NCBI GenBank assembly: GCA_002269645.1 | Contig: NIVC01001486.1 | Coordinates: forward strand, 124,001 to 188,000 | Length of the DNA stretch: 64,000 nucleotides | Source: Macrostomum lignano | Taxonomy: Eukaryota | Reading direction: 5' to 3' | Part shown: in pieces, positions 36,335 to 49,535 of the stretch | How positions within the stretch are numbered: the stretch's first letter is position 1 | Layout of the letters: each line of letters begins with the position of its first letter | Translations under genes and position numbers: made by a program | The notes under the pieces: generated by a model | Told to the model about the DNA's origin: nothing | Seen by the model: only the letters and a program-made list of their open reading frames with translations | The model's database searches: none

Positions 36335-37188
36335 TCACAGCTTCATCAAGACCCACTCAACCTCGCTGGCCACCTCAGCGGGCACAGCGGCGAATCTCAG
36401 CAGGTGGCACATGCGGCTCGAAGGCACGAAGGCGCAGCCCTGACAGTCCGGGCTTTGCTGGCAGGCGGCAGCGCACTGGATGGCGCTCTTGGCAGAGACG
36501 CTGCGGTGAGTGACGGAGCTCGTGGAGGCTGTGATGTTCGGCAGAGACGTCACGGGCAGCTTCGGCATCACCGGATCGACTACAGAAGGGTTGGTTAAAA
36601 GTATTGTAATCATTAATATTTTAATCGGTCAGATATTTTATTATATCGCTTGCACAATGGCCCAGTCTGAACCACATTCAAGGACGACTTTAGAACATAT
36701 GCAGCGTTTTAGGTCGTCTGGCTAAGTGAGACTCTCTTTACACTTCTACGAGCTGCGTTAATTCGCAACGCTTACTTGGTGAATAAGTCAACTCGTAGAT
36801 CGAATTTCTCAACTCTTCACCGCAAATCTGAGACGAGGTTCCACTGCAAGCTCTGCTGCAGTCGCCAGCCGGTGTGATGCCGTGCGATCCGTAGGCCGAG
36901 CCGCAGCACCAGTAGCTGTGGTGCCGAATTTCAAAGTAGCGAAATCGGCTAAAATTTTTGCACTAACTTTTAATATACAACAGTCTTTTTAGCGGTTGTG
37001 AAGTTTCGCAGTTATGAAGTTTCTCGGTTGTGAAAGTAGATGACATTTAGCGGTTGTGAATATTCGCGTTTGTGAAAGCAACCCCAGCCGAGGTGGCGAA
37101 ACTCCAACGGTTGACGCGGCACTGCAGCAGCGACGCAGCATCCGGAACCGGCTGCCCAGCAGAGCAGCAAAGCGCAGAGTTTCAGCAT
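36335..37188 (-). pseudogene. WSC-PAN copy C: intact PAN exon (36335-36579), WSC exon (36776-37188) disrupted
   Basis: About 152 bp of exon 1 (relative to G) is replaced by 135 bp (36950-37084) matching one arm of the 29051 foldback element. Confidence 0.88.
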
Positions 37189-37344
37189 TGGGAAAAAGTT
37201 CAGAGAGTGATGGACCTGCAGTTTCTGAGACGCTTCTTCTGATTCAGGTAAAAAAGTTAAGCACTATATTTGCTAGAAGAAGCCAATGGTAAAATGGACC
37301 ACCAATGCTGTGCATGGATTGGCTGAGGTTTCACCTTGATGTGC

Positions 37345-37924
37345 ATGAGCGGTCCCACAGAGTTTAGAGTCGAGCAGAGGAAGCAAGACTCGGCCGGGAG
37401 CAAAGTATCCATAATGTGCTCGCAGCAGCAGCTCATTTAATTAGACTTGCCGGGACCCTCTAACGTTACAATGGTGACGATGTTGCGAGATCTGTTGGCC
37501 CCAAAAAAGCCGAAGGAGACCTCTTGACATCATCAAGACTCTCCGGGAGCACTTTAACCCCAAACTCTGGAAGGTGGTGAAGAAGGTTCAATTTCTACCG
37601 ACGCAGTCAGCACGAGAGCGAGAGCATCAGCAGTTATCTGGAACAACTGAGAAAATATATTCCTGGATGAAGCACTGAGGGACAAGCTGTTGACTGGACT
37701 CCGTAATTTGCAGATTCAGAGACGCCTGCTCCAGACGACTCTCCGAGCAGCATCCACAAGATTGCGGTCATCTTTGAGACAGCGGAGAGAGGAACAGACG
37801 TCATCAGCAAGGCAGGATTACCAAGTCACGACGTCAAGCATGTGAAGGCAGCCGACACACGGAATCCTCGTGATCGGGCCTGCTTCCTTTGCGGCTCCCA
37901 GTCTCACTGGGCGGCAAAGTGTCC
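37345..37924 (+). mobile_element. Decayed Gypsy gag fragment
   Basis: Frameshifted LRDLLAPKKP, FYRRSQHESESISSYLEQLRK, ALRDKLLTGLRN and zinc knuckle CFLCGSQSHWAAKC. Confidence 0.75.
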
Positions 37925-38762
37925 CATGACATAAGCATACATGTAAGCGCGCAGGCCATTCTTACGGCTGAGACATAAGCGCGGGGGCCATTCTTACGGC
38001 TGAGACATAAGCGCGCAGGCCCTTTTTAAGACTATCCGGCACAAAGTTAGGAAGCTTTATTTTCTCTATAATTATTTTTCACAAAGTTAAATTTTTAGAC
38101 TTAGAATGTTAAAATGTTTAGATTCAAAATGTTAAAATGTTGCGATTAAAAATAGCAAAATGTTCAGTAGCTAAGAATAGAACCATATGTTATGCAAGTC
38201 TGGGGCCGGGTTTTGATGGTTGTCGCTGGCTGCAGCTGGTAGCACAATTCCGGCTGCAGCTGATGTTTTGGCTCACTCACCCAGCGAGAACGCACTGACT
38301 TGATGGGAGAGCTGAATACACCTGTGTCTTATTATTCTAACTTCAAGCTGCAGCATTCAGATTGATGCGTCTAGAATGCGCGCTTGTGCCAGACTCATGC
38401 ATTTAAGATACGCGCTTGTGCCAGACTTATGCATTTAAGATGCGCGCTTGTGCCAGACTCATGCATTTAAGATGCGCGCTTGTGCCAGACTCATGCATTT
38501 AAGATGCGCGCTTGTGCCAGACTCATGCATTTAAGATGCGCGCTTGTGCCAGACTCATGCATTTAAGATACGCGCTTGTGCCAGACTTATGCATTTAAGA
38601 TGCGCGCTTGTGCCAGACTCATGCATTTAAGATGCGCGCTTGTGCCAGACTCATGCATTTAAGATGCGCGCTTGTGCCAGACTCATGCATTTAAGATGCG
38701 CGCTTGTGCCGGTGCGCGCTTGTGTCACTGAGAGCAGTTAAAAAGTGCGCGCTTATGTCATG
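37925..38762. mobile_element. TIR element with internal 32-bp repeat arrays
   Basis: CATGACATAAGC / GCTTATGTCATG termini; ~10 copies of GCGCGCTTGTGCCAGACTCATGCATTTAAGAT at 38378-38710; 2-3 copies of a different 32-mer with the inverted core near the left end. Confidence 0.7.
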
Positions 38763-41700
38763 CGCACTTAATCATGCGTCCCACTTTTTACTTGAGTTTC
38801 CTCCGTAGTCATAGTAACAGAGGCCTTCACTCTGTTTGGTTGTCCATCACACTAAAATATTGAGAAATGACATCTACCGAGAGTGATGCTATGGTAATAT
38901 GAAATTGTCACTAAATACAGTTTGACGACCCTAGATGACAATCTGTTCACACCCGCGTAGCAGATCTGTTTTTAACTTTCATTTCTTAACAGATCTTAGC
39001 ATCTGCTATGTCTTGTAATATCTTACCAGATGCGGCTAGTATCTGCTCACGATAAGTGCATAAATTTCTTATCCAAATGAGTGTGGAGTATCAGGAATGT
39101 ATAGAAAGAAATAATATGACAGTAACAAACATAAAAACACGCTTCAGTTAAGCTTAAAGTGTCATTAATTGCGTCAGTCATATCTGCTTTTTCATGCAAG
39201 ATATGGAACAAAATATCCTGCTTCGCGTCAGATCTTACTTTACAAGGTTTGAAATTAAACATACATATGTTTAAATATATGTTGCCGAAACAAGTTACTC
39301 ACTTTTTATACATTAGATTTTCCTTTCAATAAATAAAAGGGAATAACGGTTAAAGACTTCATCGCAATGAAAAATTTTTTGTTATACCTTAGCTAGTAAA
39401 ATAGATATGAACAAAGTAATGAAAAACGTGCCTCTCCTTATCTGCAATTATTGACTTGTTGTCCATCTAAAAATAGTATCAGTTGATTGAATCTTTCGCA
39501 TATATACCAAAATGTGCTTTAGATTTAATCTTTAAATCGGTAAGGATCATTAGGAATTAGGTAGAATACCTTTAAAGTTTAGAGGTTAGGTCTATATTCC
39601 ATCATTCTTAGGCTAATGCAATAATATAATAATGGCAATGTCAAAATGATGAAAAAGCCATGACAACTGACAAATTATATCAGACAACATGTCCATAGGT
39701 ATAATGTTATTGTTTGAATGAAAAAATAAGGTCTTTCAACTTATAAATTATATATAATATCCAGTTATTTAGCTATTTACCTATTAAGTATTATTCATTA
39801 ACTTCTCTATTAACCAAGGGACAGGTAGGCCATAGGGTACCCATACATAACCTATTCCCCCTTCCTATGACTTATGGGTCATGGCCATGGGTAGGCCTAC
39901 CCTATTCTATAATCAGACAATGGTACTATACATCCTATAACTGATATTGTCTGTTAGGCTTATTGAGCTATGAATAAATAGGCCCTTCCCTTACTTAGAC
40001 TCTAGTTTATTCTATTTTATAAAAGGCCATACCAAGTGCAGATCTAGAAAACTTTTAAGAAAGGGGCCAAGCTATACCAAACACTACAACCCAATATTGG
40101 AAAATAGGCCTACTTAATAGACCTGGCATAATTATAGTTGTAGACCAAAAAAGGGCTCATGACCAAGACTGCCATACACCAAGACTGCCACAGCTCTAAC
40201 TGGCTAATGGAATTGACACTGAGGGGGAGCTATTATCTTCCTGCATTGCTATTGCCATATTGGTTGTGATGGGTTATAAAGTTAGATAAGAGGAAATATC
40301 CTAAGATTGGTTACTAATAAGGCAAATAAGTGGCCCAAAATGGTTGCAAGTCAACCAAGGCAATTTTAACAATATGCCTAGGCCTATCTTATAGTTCCTT
40401 TACAATTCAAATTGAATGAAAAAAATGAGGAGCCTGGCTTATTTACCCACTTGGCCCATTTATTAGTTTCTTTCTTGTAGCCTTGTCTTATTGGCTCTCT
40501 CCATCTCACCCTTTCTCAGCATCATCCAATAACATGGCAAGCCAAATTCCTCCCCCTAGCTCCCCCAAGTATGGCAATCTTTGTGTGGCAGTCTTGGTCC
40601 TATACCTCAAAAAGTATGAAAAAAAATTTTTGGTTGCGGCTCTATATTTGCCACTGGGCCATACTCTGAAAAGTGGGTGTTTCTAACTTTAAACTACATG
40701 GTTCATTGATAATTATATTATGTTTGATTTTGTTTGCTGTTATTATTAGTAATACACTATTTAGACAATGCTATATATAGACTATGTATATAGTATAGAT
40801 AGTATACTGGTCTAATCCATAAGCTAGCTAAGTAAGATCATGGATTATAAAGATTATCCAGAGATCATGAGGTCATGATTTAAATAGAAAATGCATGTTT
40901 ATAAGCATATTACCCTTAGTCCTTAAGCTTATAAAATTTGCATAATAGTAGTCATGATTATGAGTATCTTTATAAAATATTCTTCAAACTCAGTAATATT
41001 TTTTTTGATCACAATTATATTTTAATCTGAAGTCTAAACTTAAATTTCCAGGTGCAAATTTTTTATCTAATTTAGAAAGAATATGGAAATTGGTGATCAT
41101 TCAAGCCAAAGTCCAAGGGCTAAAAGGCAACGTAGACCAGCAAGCCAGGATTACTTTGGCTTGGAAAGGCAAAGGCAGCAAAATGTGTTTGTTTTGTTAT
41201 GGTACAACAAAACCAATTCCTATAGTGAGGCCTTGTCTCAATAATGTTATGTTTTCCAAGGTAAGTTATGCAAATATTTTTAATATGTTGTTAAAATGGT
41301 TATATATATGCATTTGTCTTTAGTCTGGTCCTTAAGTTTTTAAATATAATGGTAGCTTATAATGTAGGGCTAGGTTGTTTACTTAAATTACTTTAGACTT
41401 TGTATTCATTATTTATGTATATTTTTATGATAGTGTACCTTGGAAAATATTTTTATAGTGTTTTTGGTAATGACTTTGTGGTCAACAACATATTAATAAA
41501 CACCTTGTTATTTTGCTAACAAAGGCTTGCTATGCTAGCCTTTGTCCCTTTTCTACTATTATCTTTCCATATTTGCAGTAATGGACAAGTTAGCCAGAAA
41601 AGAGCTATTTTTTGAAAATTTGGAGTTTTTTTGTTATCAAGAAAGTTAGTTTCTTGAGTTTAAGTTTAAATGTTTAATGTTTTTTATTTTAAAAAAAATT

Positions 41701-42047
41701 ATCTTTTCAAGATAACTTTTATTAACTAGTCATTGCCTATCACTGCTCAGGCTGCTGTATTGAATTATAAATCATATCTCCAATGCTTAATTCTTTAACA
41801 ATCATCAAGTTAAGGATTATACTAAAACTGGTAGAATATAAGTATATCCCAAAAGTAATAGCTTACTAAGTCTAACTAGCAATCCAATATAATTCCATTT
41901 TAGTTCTCTGTGTCTAAGAAAGCTGCCTGGCAAAAGGTAAGCATTAGTTTTGTCTGTTAGTCACTCATTGGAATCAATAATAAAAGTGTGGTGAAGAGCC
42001 ATTTTTGTATATCATTTTTAGTATTTTGAAGAAACAATGAAAATCGG

Positions 42048-42500
42048 TTGAGCCTTTTGGGAGATAACCAATTCTGTTTGCAAGCTATTTTGCGCCCTTT
42101 CATGCATCAGCACAGGCTTCACCAGCCGCTAAATATTTTAAGCAAAAATCGTGATGGTAAAAAAAGTTGTAAGAATTCTTTCTCCAATGGAATGCAGGTG
42201 TTCCATACCTATGATAATGCTCGGAAAGGAACGTGCATCAGCTTCATCGTGAATTATTCTAGCAAATCTGTAGGAGTCATCAAGAGCATTGATCACGGGA
42301 CCCAGTCTGTCAGAATTTCTCCGATTTTATCAGTAAAAAAGAATAATATGTTTTGTTGTTCATGGCAGCAGTACGAAGACAGTTTTGGATGCGACGACTT
42401 TCCTGTTCCAATTGGTTTGGATTTCCTAAAGTGCTTGCTGGTGGCCGATGATAACCAGGTCTACCTTGTGCCGATTCTGAGCTGCTGCGAACACAATTAG
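42048..42500 (+). other. Possible transposase C-terminal relic (EnSpm/CMC-like?)
   Basis: 150-codon open frame ending ...KCLLVADDNQVYLVPILSCCEHN*, reminiscent of animal CMC transposase C-termini; no catalytic motif visible. Confidence 0.3.
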
Positions 42501-43069
42501 GTAGCCCATTTATTTGCGCGTGTTTTTTACTTCTGTGTAAAACCAAAGTATATTTTTTCGTAATTAGTACATTAACACTATCTTGAATTTGATCCATTCG
42601 GTCTGTAATAACTTTAGATGTCAGTAAGAATCTACAGAACTTACAACCAATATTAAACCCAATATCTACAGAACTTCATACCCAACTTTGCGTCCCCCTT
42701 GGCAGGTGCACACAGTATGCATGAGCACTGCGGCGACACGGCAGCCCCAGCAGTATGAGCAACCCTAGCAGGTAAGCAGGCAGCGCGCCTACACATTCGT
42801 GTCGTTTTTTCGTTCTCTGATTATGAGTACATTTTTATTTTGCTTACTAGATTAAATTTTGTCTATCTTCAGCCGCTCTGGGTATTACTAGTACAAGCTA
42901 CAAGTGCAAAATAATATGTAGTTTAAAAACCTAATATATTGCTTACTTAGCTCTAAAATCCGAATTTCGAAGTAGAAAGTGAATAATATTAGTCTTGTCA
43001 GTGTCACAAATATCTTCATTTCCCTGCCAGATGCCCTGCGTTGCCTACTGTGCATTGGTGCTCAGCCTT

Positions 43070-43253
43070 GGGTGCCCAGCTGCCTTCGGTGCCCAGCTGC
43101 CTTCGGTGCCCAGCTGCCTTCGGTGCCCAGCTGCCTTTGGTGCCCAGCTGCCTTCGGTGCCCAGCTGCCTTCGGTGCCCAGCTGCCTTCGGTGCCCAGCT
43201 GCCTTTGGTGCCCAGCTGCCTTCGGTGCCCAGCTGCCTTCGGTGCCCAGCTGC
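43070..43253. repeat. 17-bp minisatellite, ~11 copies
   Basis: Unit GGTGCCCAGCTGCCTTC; units 4 and 8 carry a C>T variant. Confidence 0.95.
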
Positions 43254-46058
43254 ACTCTAACTGTCATTATGCCTAGCCGCCTTTGGTGAACAGATTTGCG
43301 AAACTTAATACTTTAAAAAACTTTTCTAGTTTACTTTTCAAAATACAGTTTTGTAAACAGTTTTTAATGCAGCTACATCAGAATGGGGGTTTTTTAACTA
43401 ACTGGCATCAAATTAACAGAAAGAAACGGTTGGTAATGCAATATGGCAAAACGGAAATTTCGATGAGCAAAAGTTACTATAGTTACTCTGATTTTAGAGA
43501 AATTTGTTCAACACTTATTCTTGCAGAAGCAATTTGCTCTTAAGATGTGCCGTTCCCTCCCCTCCAAGACACCCGGATTGGGATGAAATTAGAAATATTG
43601 CCATGAAATTTATATAATTGCCGTAATTGTAATTTTATTTCCACAAAAATTAATTAAATTGCAATTTGCTGTGCAATTCACTTGCAATTATTGCAATTTT
43701 ACTCAAATGTTATACTTTCTACTTACAGTAGAATACTTTAAATATTAAATTGGACGAATTGCAATTTGATTGTGAATTTTTACTTTCTAAATTTTGTGTT
43801 AGCTATAAAGGAAATGAGCCAATGACTATATATGTATGATAGCCTAATTTTGTAAAGATTTGTTTTAGCAACATTTTTAAGGAAAATGTTTATAATTTAG
43901 TTTATATCGCATGCTTGTCGAGATTGCAATTTAATTATAATTTGCTATAATTTTTGCAATGGAATTTTATTGTATTTTGCTGTGTTTGCTACTTCATTAC
44001 GCCTTTATGTTTTTGTGTTCATGCTTTTGTAAATACTGTATGCTCTCTGTATGTAAATTATAAATAAAAATTAAATAGTAAAAATGTTTAAATAGGGAAT
44101 TGCCCAATAGTGCCACAATAATTCACCCAATAATAAAATGCAGAGAAAAATTTTCTTTTGTTTATATTACTTTTTTCTTCAGGTAACTTCCCGAGTTCCC
44201 GAGTCTTAAAATTTTGATTATGTATGCACCATAGAGGTACTGCACGCGCATTGCGTGCTATAGACATTCATCTTCTATGCCTTATCAGATCTTGACTAAT
44301 CTTGTATCTTCTTGGAAGATATGGCCTCAAGAACTTGCATGATCCTGTGTCATCTTAGCAGATCTGGCCCGAAGATCTTGCATGATCTGTTCAGAAGATC
44401 TGGTAAGAATTGACTATGTATTTCAATGGCGAAGATCTGCTGAGCTCTTGCAAGAACTTAGGGCGCAGTTCAAGTCAGATCTTGTAAGAAACCCCAAGCC
44501 AATGTCATCTAGGGGAGTTTCCATAACGCCCTTTTTTCAGACAAAGCAGGGACTGTAAAAGTAATTCGTCTCTCACAGCTCTGTTTGGTTTCGCAGCCTG
44601 TTTCTACATTCCTGCTGGCAAAGTTTGCCTGTGACGGCTTGAGTTTCTTCTCAATTTTCTGCATCAGCTCAGACAAAGCTTCAGTGAATTTTGCCCGTTT
44701 TTCTGCTTACCCAAATCTTTGCTTCAAAAAAGTGCAAGCTTGCTCGCTTTGCTAGCGGATAGTACTATAGATATAATGCTATTATTCAGTCATAATTCAT
44801 GCATTGCCAAAAATTCTATTTATCCAGCCTCCAGCTCTCTGACATTCAACAGTTGTAACCTCTTCAGTCCTGCTATATCTACGGGTAGGCAAATCCAAAT
44901 ACAAAATTGGAAGCCTGCTGCATGTCACGCTACACTGTATACGAGTGCAAGTAAGAGTACACTGTAATAACAGCCTATTTAGGACTTTACTTGTAATTTG
45001 CTCACGCTCCTCAAGTCTGACAGAACACTGGATACGACGGTGCCAAATATTTCGGTGTCAAGTCACTTCGGTGCAGGTTATACTACCAGTAGTTTTCTAC
45101 TGAATAATGGCATTGAAATCAAATTTGTTAAAAAGAAAAATATCTGGATTCTGCATTCTATAGTCTTCTGTCAGGTTTTGGTGAATTTTGTTAGAATGGT
45201 GTTTTCCAATACAGCCGGTAACGATACACATTATTAACACGGTTTGTCATTTCTTAGCTTGCACACGAGTTAGTGCAAGTGAGTGTTTTTTAGCATTTCT
45301 TAGCTTTTATAATGTAGCCAGCTTGTATTTTATGCCTAAAGGAAAAACTGTTCTAGGCAACTCACTCTTCTTTTCAAAGATGCCACTTGCCACAAAGATG
45401 CCAGATGCAATATTGCAAGCCTGTTGGATGAAAAGAATATATGGTGCCCAGAAACGTGTATTTCTTCGTGTGTATTTTGAGAAGAACATCTCAAAGATAC
45501 GGATCGTATCAGAAAATATTTCTAAGACCAATTGAACATGGAAAACAACAAGTTCAGGACTTATAGGAAACAAAAATTAACAATTTTTAGCTGTCGGTTT
45601 AACACACTCAGAAACAGCTAATCGCCCGCCCCCAAAACTGACGCTGTCACGTGGCAGTATCTTTAATTCCAGTTTCTGTAGCGTATCCAGGAACCATGCA
45701 CGAGCACGCAAAAGTGCCGTCACTCGTCGTGGTATCAGCTGATTCACCAGCCCGTTTATGAACGCTTGGGGCAACTGCTGCCGGGCATTCAGAACCGGCA
45801 GACGCAAATCTGTTCAGCATTCTGCTGGGCACCCTACTGACGTCTTCGGATTACTAAGTCCCAGACATGCTTGATGGCTTTACCATTGGTTTACCCCGAT
45901 GGCATGCAAAACTCTTAAGCCGTATGCCAGCGTGAGTTAATAGGGGGATTAGCTGTAGCTAAGTATGTTTTGTTGAGAAATTACCGAAGCATGCACATTT
46001 GTAGGATTTTAATTTGCCTTATCTTCTACTAAACAAATCGATCTTCTCATTTCAAGTC

Positions 46059-46294
46059 TCAGCCACGAACAAAGTACACCCCATCGATGCTGCTCAGGTT
46101 GGCAGGCGGATAGGCGAACCTCAGCAGGTGGCACAGGCGCTGCTGGCCAGAGAAAATCACAGCCTGGCAGTCGGCTGAGGCCTCACACAGCATCACGCAG
46201 GTGACATCGATTCCGGCAGGGCGGGTCCAGTGGATCCGTCGCGAGGCAGTCACTGTCAGGGTTGGCCTATCAGTCTGTTGAAAACATTTGCTAG
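46059..46294 (-). CDS. WSC-PAN gene D, exon 2 (PAN/apple-like domain)
   Basis: CACTTTCAG|CT acceptor, phase 1; TSKCFQQ...CVMLCEASADCQAVIFSGQQRLCHLL; TGA at 46059-61. Confidence 0.82.
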
Positions 46295-46388
46295 CTGAAA
46301 GTGCGAAATCAAATCAGAGAATTTAGGGAAAATCCCCGCTTTGATTCATTGGTCGCTAACAGTTTGCACTTTTAGTATTAACACTCAC

Positions 46389-46791
46389 TCGGGTAGGTCA
46401 AAGCGAAAACAGAGTTTTTGTAACTGCCTCCACACTTTTGACTGGAGTTTCCAGAGCACGCAGTGTTGCAGAGGCTGTCAGCGACTGATCCGACTGAGCC
46501 ATAGGATGAGCCGCAGTAGCAGTACCGTTGGTGCTGCACCCCGAAAAACAGGAATCCGCCCAACGAGCAAATGCTACCGCACATTTCGTGGGTCATCCCG
46601 CTGTTACGGATGGCCGAATATACTATGTTCCCGTACCCACCAACGTTTGTGACATCCGCAAATCCGTTCAAGTCTCTGTTGCTTCCTTCGTCTTGAAAAC
46701 AGCCAACGTAAGAGAACTGGATCACCCTGCCAGCGGCGAGGACCCAGAAGGTGCACATAGCGACCAGAACGATTGACTGTCTGTAGAACAT
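46389..46791 (-). CDS. WSC-PAN gene D, exon 1 (signal peptide + WSC); 212 aa total
   Basis: MFYRQSIVLVAMCTFWVLAAG leader; YVGCFQD..RDL...MTHEMCGSIC...FFGVQ...CYCG...CGGSYKNSVF; A|GTGAGT donor; 403+236 = 639 nt. Confidence 0.88.
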
Positions 46792-49535
46792 GTTTAAAGT
46801 TGTATATCCGGGCCGCTTTCTTCTGCTCCCTCGAGGAGTTTGCAAAGCTTCATATAGTTTTGCATTGGGCTACTCTGATTGGTTATTTGCAGATCTACAT
46901 GTATCACTGCACTTTGAGCTAAGATCCGTGTAGATAACTGATATGCTACTTTAAGTACAAACTGTGCGTTTGAACTCTAAGTAACCAAAAAGCTCGATAC
47001 ACGAGCTTTCAAACAGGCAGCAAAGAACGGAATCACCTGTCAACGACGCTGGGCAAAAGAGCCAGGCCGAGATCAAAGAGATCGTATGTTAAAAAAGCAT
47101 TTTTTTATTTTGCTCTAAGCCCTGAATCCCGTTCATGTCTCGCTGCAGCCTAGCACTAGCCCAAAGCCTCCGCTCCTCGTCTCCCAGGTTCTTCCATGTA
47201 CAGTTGAGAGGAGAGAAGCTTCAATAGACGAAATGGGAACAGAGCCATGTGTGAACTCTGGGAGCAGTGTGGAGCGAGGCGGAGAGTCACAGAGAAGGCA
47301 GAACCTCCACACCCATTCTATGCTAGAAGGTTAATATTATCGATTGAATTTTGCCTCGCTGAGCGGTCGATGCAGCTCCTTGCTCAGGCGCCTGTCTATC
47401 AGTGAGCGCCTGACATTACTACTGTTTAGGATGGCAGTGTGTCGATGCCAAAGATACACCTAAATCAGGATTTTAGTTTATTGGTGCCCGCTGGCATAAA
47501 AAGCGCAGAGCAAGCCACTAAAGTATCAAAACTTTTATACACATGCAAGCTTGTAAGGCATTGTACTTTTCACGTACTTGATCGATGTGGAGTCAAATGC
47601 TCCGAGCAGCCGAATTTCGTAGCCTCTTTTTAGACTACAGATTACCATGCAGTCTCACGCAAAATTTTGGACACACACGAATTTATCACCATTGAATTGA
47701 AAATGGAAGACAGTCCTCTGGACCAGTCTCTTGCATTTAGAGTGGAACAACTTGAACAAGCTGACCATTATCTTCTCATGAGGTGGAACAGATTCTATTG
47801 GATGAGCTTGGAGGAGACTGATTCAAGATGATGACGGATAAAGCGATCGATTGAGGGATGTTGACGAGCGCACCAGCGATCAAGAGAAAAAAAGTCGACT
47901 GGGGCATGAGCGTCTTCTTTACTGCCTGACACGAAGTCAAGAAAACAGCTTTGGACTCTTGGAGATGCGTCTAGTCTGATGGTAATCAAGGACAATGACA
48001 AAATGGCGAGGTTATGAAAGCAAACTATTTCATGGCCTATTCTCTGACAATTAAATTTTATATTTCTTGGCACTTTCTTGGTCAGAGCCACTAGGTGTAT
48101 AAGCGATGTATGAGCAACAACAAAAGGCTACCGATATTTTGCAGACAGAAAGGGGTGGAAAAGGAAAATAATGGAAATCCAGATCGTTAGAACTTGCAAG
48201 TAATACAGTCAACATCGTTTCCTGCTGTGCAGGTTTTGAAGGTCCTCTGTATTGAGCCAATCGAAATAAGACACTGGCAACACTGGATAAGCTGGTTTGA
48301 GCAGTAAAAACCAACGCAAGACTAACCTGTCTTTTCTGAACCACACTACTTTATCTGACTCATTCGAGGTGAATATTGCATTCTGAAATACATTTCGAAA
48401 CTTTTCTAAATCTAAGAGTGTTGGATCTTGTGTGCGGGGAATTCCGTGTAGTATTTATTGCTCACGATTTTCACTCTGTGCGCGTGCTCATCGTGTATTG
48501 CTTGCGCTCCTTGCACCTCTCTGCTCTATCGTAACTTTAACGTACCCTGTTGGCGCTTTTGCCCTTGGGTTTGCAGTGGCTGCAATTGGACTTTGCCTAT
48601 AATAAATCGTCGACACGTTGTTTGTCAGTGCACTTGGCACTTTTCATCTCGCCTCGCATGCTCTTTGCTCTTGGCTTGCTTCTTTGACAGCGAGTTTTTA
48701 GAGAAAGCTGGGAGCATGTGTCTCACAGCTTGGTTTTTTTCCACCCTGTTTCTACCTTCCTGCATCCTGGTGGAAACGCCCGGAGACGGCTTGAATTTCT
48801 TCTCAGTTTTTTGCATGCACTCCCAAGAGACTTCAGTGAATTGCTACAGTTTTTCTGCTCAGCAACGTATCTGCTACAAATGAGAGTAGCTCGTAGGTTG
48901 CCTTCGGTTTCCGCTCCATAAATTCACTGGCACCAGTCAGATGTCTAGCCTCCCAGTTTCCTGAACTTCAATGGTAGCAAATTCAGATATCAGTGAATTC
49001 ATTCAGATATCAGTGAATTCATTCTATTGACTGAATGATTTTTTACCAGCGTTGTTTTAAGATAACGTTAACGTTGACTGATTCTACTGCTGTCAGAAAT
49101 TTCAGTCACAGCTCTGGGTCTCTTACGGTATCTGTTATCTATAATATTCCCAGCTGTCTTTCTGTCTACTCTGCGATGTGGATAACGTTAAGGTTGACTC
49201 AGGAGAGGTAATTTATTGAGAACCACAAAATTTGTACTTGAGCCTCTCATGCTGACAAAAGTCCGCTTCCCTCCATCGGCACCTAAACAAATCTATTTTC
49301 TTTCTCTCTCTTTCACCAGACAGCTTTTAAACAAACTCCTGAGATACAATCACCATCGGGCTGTCATCAGTTGACACATCGGGCCCGTGGCTCTCTTCAA
49401 CTACGCTCGTAGCTGCACGATCACTGGATCTGGCCTGACGTTTCGTCCTGCATTGGCGTCCGATGAACACCGGTGAAATCAACTCTGTCCTGGTCCAGGT
49501 GTCTCAGAACGGCTCTCAATTTGTCGACTCTTGGG

